Assembly: GCA_965226495.1 (NCBI GenBank)
Contig: OZ245365.1
Coordinates: 64,001 to 128,000, forward strand
Direction: 5' to 3'
Source: Candidatus Marinacidobacterales bacterium
GTDB taxonomy: Bacteria > Acidobacteriota > Vicinamibacteria > Marinacidobacterales > DATDRI01
DNA: 64,000 nt
Within the stretch, counting starts at the first letter, position 1, and every line of letters starts with the position of its first letter. Shown piece after piece: positions 59,331-64,000 of this stretch. The position numbers and the translations under genes are program-made. The notes under the pieces are model-generated. The model was not told the origin of the DNA and ran no database searches. It worked only from the letters and a program-made list of their open reading frames with translations.

Positions 59331-59471
59331 ATGACTCCGCTCGAATCGCTCAATCAGCTAGTCTTGAATAAGGCTGATCCGGGAAAACTTACCCTTTTTC
59401 TAACTACCTTCGGTGGTCGCGCCCATGCCGCCTATAGGCTGACGCAGCTTGCAGAGTCGATACCAGCGTGA
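59331..59471 (+). CDS. Possible 46-aa passenger ORF
   Basis: GGAGG then ATG: MTPLESLNQLVLNKADPGKLTLFLTTFGGRAHAAYRLTQLAESIPA; followed by an ATGCAAG/CTTGCAT hairpin. Confidence 0.3.
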   Translation: MTPLESLNQLVLNKADPGKLTLFLTTFGGRAHAAYRLTQLAESIPA

Positions 59472-60187
59472 ATACCAGGTCCATGCAAGAGTGCTGGGAC
59501 CCTCCTTGCATCTTTCAGGCACCGAATTAGTGTTTGAGGTACAGCGGGGAACTTGGGCCGTGGCGTCGCTCGTCAGCCTGAACGATATTTTTCGCGATCC
59601 TCCGACCCGCTAGGTCTAGGCATGAACGCAGAATCGAACGGTGGCGTTCCGGCGTCGACGGCCATGTTAAACATCGACGAGCAAGCAGGCAACCTACCAA
59701 GCTTGGTAGCTCTGGTGCGTCAACCGATAGTGGACCCACCCACGTCCAGGAGACGCCAGCGCCCTTGGAATCGGCTTTCGGGCCGTGCATCCAAAAGTCT
59801 CGAACCTTTCGCGGCTTAGACGAAGCGGCCAAATCTTACCAACTCTGGTTTTGGTGCACGGGAGGTTGCTACCATGTTCACGGGTCGTCACTACATACGC
59901 GAGGAGCTGGCTCCAAGTCGCGGGATTTGGTTCTCGAACCTCATCCGTGCTACGCCTTTGTCATCCTAGAGTTTTTCAGCTCTGAGGCTGTTGACCCTCG
60001 ACCGAGCGCCTGCTACGACTTGCGCCCGAGGCCGGTTTTTGTCTAGCTTGACCACGTGAAGTTACCCCAGAAGCGACATTGAAAGCTCATTTGCAATAAA
60101 GAGCATCCTGTCAAGCATAAAAGATACAGAGGCAAACATTCAATAACTTGACAACAGGGCTACTTTTGCACTGTGGCGGTTCGTGGT

Positions 60188-60930
60188 ATGCTTACCTAGA
60201 ATGGTGATAGCATAATCACAGGGGCATGTTGGGGAGGCTTCTCGCCAAAGGGGTCCCCAATACCGTAAGGTGCTCCTCAACGCTGGGAAGCTATTCGCAG
60301 TACCCGACACTGCCTCCGTCTTCGAAGCGTTCTGCGCCGTGTGATGACATCTGAGCTTCACGCTCTCCTAAACGCGGCAGAAGAATGTTCGAGGCAAATG
60401 CCGCACCCCATAACGCGGGCGACACGAGACATGGACCTTCTTGATGGCGACTCCAAGCTAATCATCTCCTTGGTTATCGGCCCAACGCTCGCTACGCGAC
60501 GGAGTTTATGCAGGACTTGGCGGGTTGGCTCGCCACCGCGTGATAACGAGCGACGGCTGGCTTGTCGAGGTTCGTTCGGCTCAGATCGTGCTGTTGGCCC
60601 GCACTACGGGAACGCGCCAGAAGGTCAGAGGCGAGGCTTACAGTTGCCTTGCCGTCTGCACCGGCCTTGCGGCCCATCGAGCGGACCCAGCGGCTTTGCG
60701 TAGAGCGCAGAATTTGCTTGAGCATGCGCGCCAGGCTTGCCGGCGCGATTTTCTCCATACGAGCTGGGCTGGACGGCCAGCGTCCATGCTGTCTCTTGCG
60801 ACCTTCGCCACGGTCGACAGATTCTTGTGCGACATACACGGCCGCTCGCGTAACCCCGGTCGATGCTTCCGGCCGCTTACGGACACCGTTCGGAAAGCTG
60901 GATTGGCATTGTCCAGCTACTTGCCAGATG
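60188..60930 (+). pseudogene. Heavily frameshifted IS1-family DDE transposase
   Basis: Ordered fragments across frames: GVPNTV, KVLLNAGK, CDDI*, RQKNV, AGD, TWT, DGDSKLIIS, YATEFMQDLAG.LA, RVITSDG, YGNAPEGQRR, YS..AVCTG, VER, RVTP. Boundaries approximate. Confidence 0.8.
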
Positions 60931-61022
60931 GTAAGACTATTGACCAAGCCTGGGTCACGCGGCCCCGTTGCAAAAAGCTTAAAGGAAATTCAAACTGAGA
61001 CACTACCGACAGCTGGGAGGGT

Positions 61023-61388
61023 TTGAACTTGAAGGTTGGCGAAAAAATTCGAGACGTGCGAAAGAGTAAACGTATCCGCCAGAAGGTGTTAGCGCGGATG
61101 GTCGGGATATCGGCGGGAGCACTTACCAACTTCGAAAAGGGGCGCAGGCGTGTCTCGCTCGACTGGCTACATAGGATCTCCGAGGCGTTGGATACCCCCG
61201 TGGCCTACTTTCTTCCGGACGAGCGGGACAAGAAAAAGACGTCTCCCGGCGACCCGCGCGAGCGACGGCTCCTGAACGCGTGGCGGCTGTTGAACGGAGA
61301 CGAGCGGTTGCGAGGAGATTTTCTCGACTTAGCGGGCCATCTGGGCAGCACGAACGGCGCGCACGGTAGGAAGAAGATACGTCGCTAG
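61023..61388 (+). CDS. XRE-family HTH transcriptional regulator
   Basis: VGEKIR..R....Q..LA..VGIS....N.EKGRR..SL..L..I.EAL; GGAGG site, TTG start. Confidence 0.9.
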   Translation: MNLKVGEKIRDVRKSKRIRQKVLARMVGISAGALTNFEKGRRRVSLDWLHRISEALDTPVAYFLPDERDKKKTSPGDPRERRLLNAWRLLNGDERLRGDFLDLAGHLGSTNGAHGRKKIRR

Positions 61389-61466
61389 CGCCTGGGGCGC
61401 CTGTAAGGATTGGAGCGTTGGGTGGGAGTAGGTTTTCGCCTCGTCCCTGATTATCGGGGCGTGGGC

Positions 61467-61964
61467 CTACTCGTCGATCTGCGCGACCAGCTGGTAGAAC
61501 CTCTCGACGTAACGCTGCAACCTGTCTTCTCCCTTAGAGTCTAACTTGGTGAAGGCGAGGCCGACTCCCGGGGGCTCGGTCTTAGAGCCTTCCTTCCCCG
61601 TGCTCCACATTACCTCGGCCTCCGCTTTGAACTCTCCGAGTTTCCAGGGAAGGAAAATAAGCAGCTGCAACCGGGTCCCAGACGGGATCGGTTTCTTGGT
61701 GGCCAAGAAAGCGCCGCCAATGCTGAGGTTGGTGAGATACCCTCTTTGGACTCGGCCATTTGCTCCCACCTCGGCTTTGACCACCAGCGGCAGTCTAGGG
61801 TGCCTTCTGTTCTCTGCGCCGTTGGGTTGGGGATCCTTTTTCTTTGCCGCGCCCTGAGCGGAGCGATCTCGGGCCCCGACCACTACAATCGTGGGTTTTC
61901 TGGGCTCGGAATCGTCGGATGGATCGGTCTCGGGGCTCTTTCCCAAAGCATTCGTCCCGCTCAT
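61467..61964 (-). CDS. Stand-alone PilZ domain (c-di-GMP binding) protein
   Basis: RRHPR (RxxxR) and NLSIGG (D/NxSxxG) motifs, G.GL.F. Confidence 0.9.
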   Translation of the reverse strand: MSGTNALGKSPETDPSDDSEPRKPTIVVVGARDRSAQGAAKKKDPQPNGAENRRHPRLPLVVKAEVGANGRVQRGYLTNLSIGGAFLATKKPIPSGTRLQLLIFLPWKLGEFKAEAEVMWSTGKEGSKTEPPGVGLAFTKLDSKGEDRLQRYVERFYQLVAQIDE

Positions 61965-62035
61965 ATATCTCCCCCTAATCTAAGACGAGCGATTCGCCCC
62001 CGGCGCTAGGCGCGGTGCCCCCTGGGCTTCAAGGT

Positions 62036-62051
62036 AGCAATGCTTGTGCCA
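62036..62051 (-). promoter_or_regulatory. sigma54 promoter of the PilZ gene
   Basis: Minus strand reads TGGCACAAGCATTGCT. Confidence 0.85.
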
Positions 62052-62249
62052 CTGGACGTAGCGACCACGAAGCTGTTCTAGGCTATTGATTCTACGACAG
62101 TTGCAAGAATAGGTCGCGCCGAGTCCGAGGGCTCGCGCGTGGGGGTGTCCCTACACTTTTAGTGCTCGCTCACTCCTCGTTCGGCCGCTGGCCTCCGCTC
62201 GATAAACTCGCTGCGGCCGGCGGCGGCTTCGGGACAGCTGATGGCTCCG

Positions 62250-63401
62250 CTAGACGCGTTCATGGGGGTCGAACAGCTTCTGGTGCTCGCCGAGGGCGAA
62301 CCGGTCGGTCATGCCAGCGATGTAATCACAAGCGACACGGTGGAGACCCTCTTCCGGGATGTACCTTTGAACATGAGGAGGAAGCTGTTCTTGGCTCGAG
62401 GTATAGGCGTGAAAGAGATCGCGGAGCACGCGCTGCGCTTTTTCCGCCATCCGCACCACCCGATAGTGCCGGTAAAGGTTCGTAAACAGGAATTGCTTCA
62501 GGTTGCGTTTCCCTTGCTCGACCTCGGGTGTGAACTCGACCAAGCGTCGCCCCGCGCCGCGGACTTCCTCCAAGGTTTGGACATTTCGAGAGCCGATGTT
62601 TTCCAGGGTTCGCCGGATGAGGTCTGTAGTCAGCGTGTTGATGATGCCTCGGATGGCGACCCGAATCTGGACCTTGATTTCCTCGCCCGGGTAAGTGTCA
62701 GAGGCGAACTTGAAGTGTTCCTTCCAGAGGTCGACCTCCTGCAGCCCTTCCAGGTTGAGAATCCCGGACGATAGGCCATCTTCGAGATCATGATTCGTGT
62801 ACGCGATCTCGTCCGCCAGATCCACCAACTGCGCCTCCAAGACTGGCTCCGCCCCGTCCATGAACTCGGCCGGGGCGGCCTCCCGGTATCGGGGCGAGTG
62901 CTTGACGATGCCCTCTCGCACCTCGAAGGTCAGATTGAGACCGCGAAAGCCCGGATAGCGACGCTCGAGCTTGTCGACGATTCGAATAGCCTGCAGATTG
63001 TGCTCGAAACCGCCGTGGTCCCGCATCAGCTCGTTGATGGCATCCTCGCCGGAATGCCCGAAGGGAGGATGACCGAGATCGTGCGCGAGGGTGACCGCCT
63101 CGGTTAGATCCTCATTGAGCCGCAGCGAGCGGGCGATGGTGCGCGATATCTGTGCCGCTTCCAGCGAGTGCGTCAGTCGCGTGCGGTAATGATCGCCCTC
63201 GTGGTTGACGAAGACCTGGGTCTTGTATTCCAGACGGCGAAACGCGGTGCAGTGGATGATGCGGTCCCGGTCCCTTTGATAGACAGTGCGGAAGTCGTGC
63301 TCGGGCTCAGGGAAACTGCGGCCTCGCGAAGTTCGGCTGAGCGCCGCATAGGGGCGGAGCGACTCCGACTCCAGTTTTTCGAAAAACGCTCGATCCAGCA
63401 C
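62250..63401 (-). CDS. dgt: Deoxyguanosinetriphosphate triphosphohydrolase-like HD protein
   Basis: RDRDRI.H..AFRRL..KTQV, RTRLTHSLE, HDLGHPPFGHSGE, AD.IAY..HD, DYIAGMTD. Start set at GTG 63401 because a promoter overlaps the ORF-track TTG at 63419. Confidence 0.93.
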   Translation of the reverse strand: MLDRAFFEKLESESLRPYAALSRTSRGRSFPEPEHDFRTVYQRDRDRIIHCTAFRRLEYKTQVFVNHEGDHYRTRLTHSLEAAQISRTIARSLRLNEDLTEAVTLAHDLGHPPFGHSGEDAINELMRDHGGFEHNLQAIRIVDKLERRYPGFRGLNLTFEVREGIVKHSPRYREAAPAEFMDGAEPVLEAQLVDLADEIAYTNHDLEDGLSSGILNLEGLQEVDLWKEHFKFASDTYPGEEIKVQIRVAIRGIINTLTTDLIRRTLENIGSRNVQTLEEVRGAGRRLVEFTPEVEQGKRNLKQFLFTNLYRHYRVVRMAEKAQRVLRDLFHAYTSSQEQLPPHVQRYIPEEGLHRVACDYIAGMTDRFALGEHQKLFDPHERV

Positions 63402-63406
63402 GGTCC

Positions 63407-63435
63407 AAGCTACTCGCAATCTTGGGAGCTGTCAA
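63407..63435 (-). promoter_or_regulatory. sigma70 promoter of dgt
   Basis: Minus strand TTGACA-17 nt-TAGCTT. Confidence 0.65.
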
Positions 63436-63446
63436 AAAGAGGTGGG

Positions 63447-63490
63447 AAAGAATAAAGAAGGGGCTGGACCATTAAATCCAGCCCCTTCTT
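63447..63490 (-). terminator. Rho-independent terminator
   Basis: 14-bp perfect inverted repeat aagaaggggctgga / tccagccccttctt (63455-63468, 63477-63490); minus strand continues TTCTTTATTCTTT after the GC stem. Confidence 0.85.
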
Positions 63491-63566
63491 GCCTACGATA
63501 GGAGGGAGCTTGAGCCTCCACGCCGGGCCCTTTCCCGACTCAGAAGCATCCAGTTAGTAGACAAAC
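63447..63566 (-). ncRNA. Candidate sigma54-dependent small RNA (~120 nt)
   Basis: Bounded by a sigma54 promoter and a terminator; contains CUCCCUCCU; the downstream gene has its own promoter. Confidence 0.6.
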
Positions 63567-63575
63567 CGCAGTGAC

Positions 63576-63591
63576 TGCAATGCCGGTGCCA
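63576..63591 (-). promoter_or_regulatory. sigma54 promoter of the candidate sRNA
   Basis: Minus strand reads TGGCACCGGCATTGCA. Confidence 0.8.
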
Positions 63592-64000
63592 GTTCTACTT
63601 GTTGGCGGCGAGCGGTTCTAAATAACTGTTGTTAATAGGGTTACACTTATTAGCCCGCGGCGGGACACGCCCATTTCAAGCCTGCCCATGTAAAGATCTT
63701 TTTAGTGGCTTCTGCGGAGCTTACAGTCGGCCGGGAGCGACATGACGTGTGACCGGCCGCGATGGGGAATCCCCACAAGCAGATCCAAGACCCTTTCTTC
63801 AATTAACTCGTTGATAACTAGACAGATATGGCTCTGCCAGGCGGGTTTTCCCGGCCCGTCCGGCCTATTCGAGGAGTGTCTGCGGGGGAGCCACCCCCGG
63901 ACGATTCGCGGCGTTCTAAATCGAAAAAGGGTTGGCTCGTAAATGCCTCTTGGAGAGCTACTTGAGAGAGGTGGATTGGCCCCTCCCTTGGAAGGTTCTT

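Larger units (their letters stand above)
58918..61007 (+). mobile_element. IS1-family element with passenger DNA, non-autonomous (2,090 bp)
   Basis: Perfect 19-bp inverted repeats GGTAGTGTCTCAGTTTGAA (58918-58936) and TTCAAACTGAGACACTACC (60989-61007); 8-bp direct repeat GACAGCTG at 58910-58917 and 61008-61015. Confidence 0.92.

Noticed and set aside
60221-60276. Apparent three-way RNA junction (GGGGCA/TGCTCC, TGTTGGGGA/TCCCCAATA, CC-GTAA-GG)
   Set aside because: It lies within the 5' part of the transposase pseudogene, has no ribozyme core motif and no second copy, so it is probably chance
60492-61026. Overlapping 150-aa ORFs as novel proteins
   Set aside because: They are mosaics or antisense of the frameshifted transposase fragments
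63932-63947. TTGGCTCGTAAATGC as a fourth sigma54 promoter
   Set aside because: GG to GC spacing is 9 nt rather than the required 10

Overview
A GC-rich bacterial chromosome segment, by inference from Acidobacteriota (gene content and intergenic repeat types suggest a Vicinamibacteria-like lineage). Most of it is housekeeping: lpxC, a nearly complete dcw cluster (mraZ to ftsZ, no ddl), pfkA, mutS2-dnaG-rpoD-tRNA-Ile2, dinB, proC, a GldAFG-like ABC transporter, a CCA-adding enzyme and a dGTPase. Less ordinary elements are: (1) a minimal microcompartment locus (aldolase with an encapsulation peptide, one BMC-H, three BMC-P, and a small Cys-rich protein with an encapsulation peptide; no aldehyde dehydrogenase in the window); (2) an archaeal-type topoisomerase VI operon; (3) three sigma54 promoters with the same layout, driving lpxC, a PilZ gene and an unannotated ~120-nt terminator-bounded RNA with an anti-Shine-Dalgarno motif; (4) a 2,090-bp IS1-family element with perfect 19-bp inverted repeats and an 8-bp target duplication but a decayed transposase, inserted between an XRE regulator and its promoter; (5) a DUF222-like HNH gene preceded by three adjacent hairpins; (6) a doubly lesioned GT2 gene, AcpS and YchF homologues with altered catalytic motifs, and two REP-like repeat families, one copy of which is translated in frame. 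No CRISPR array or rRNA was seen. All calls come from reading the sequence; no database searches were run.
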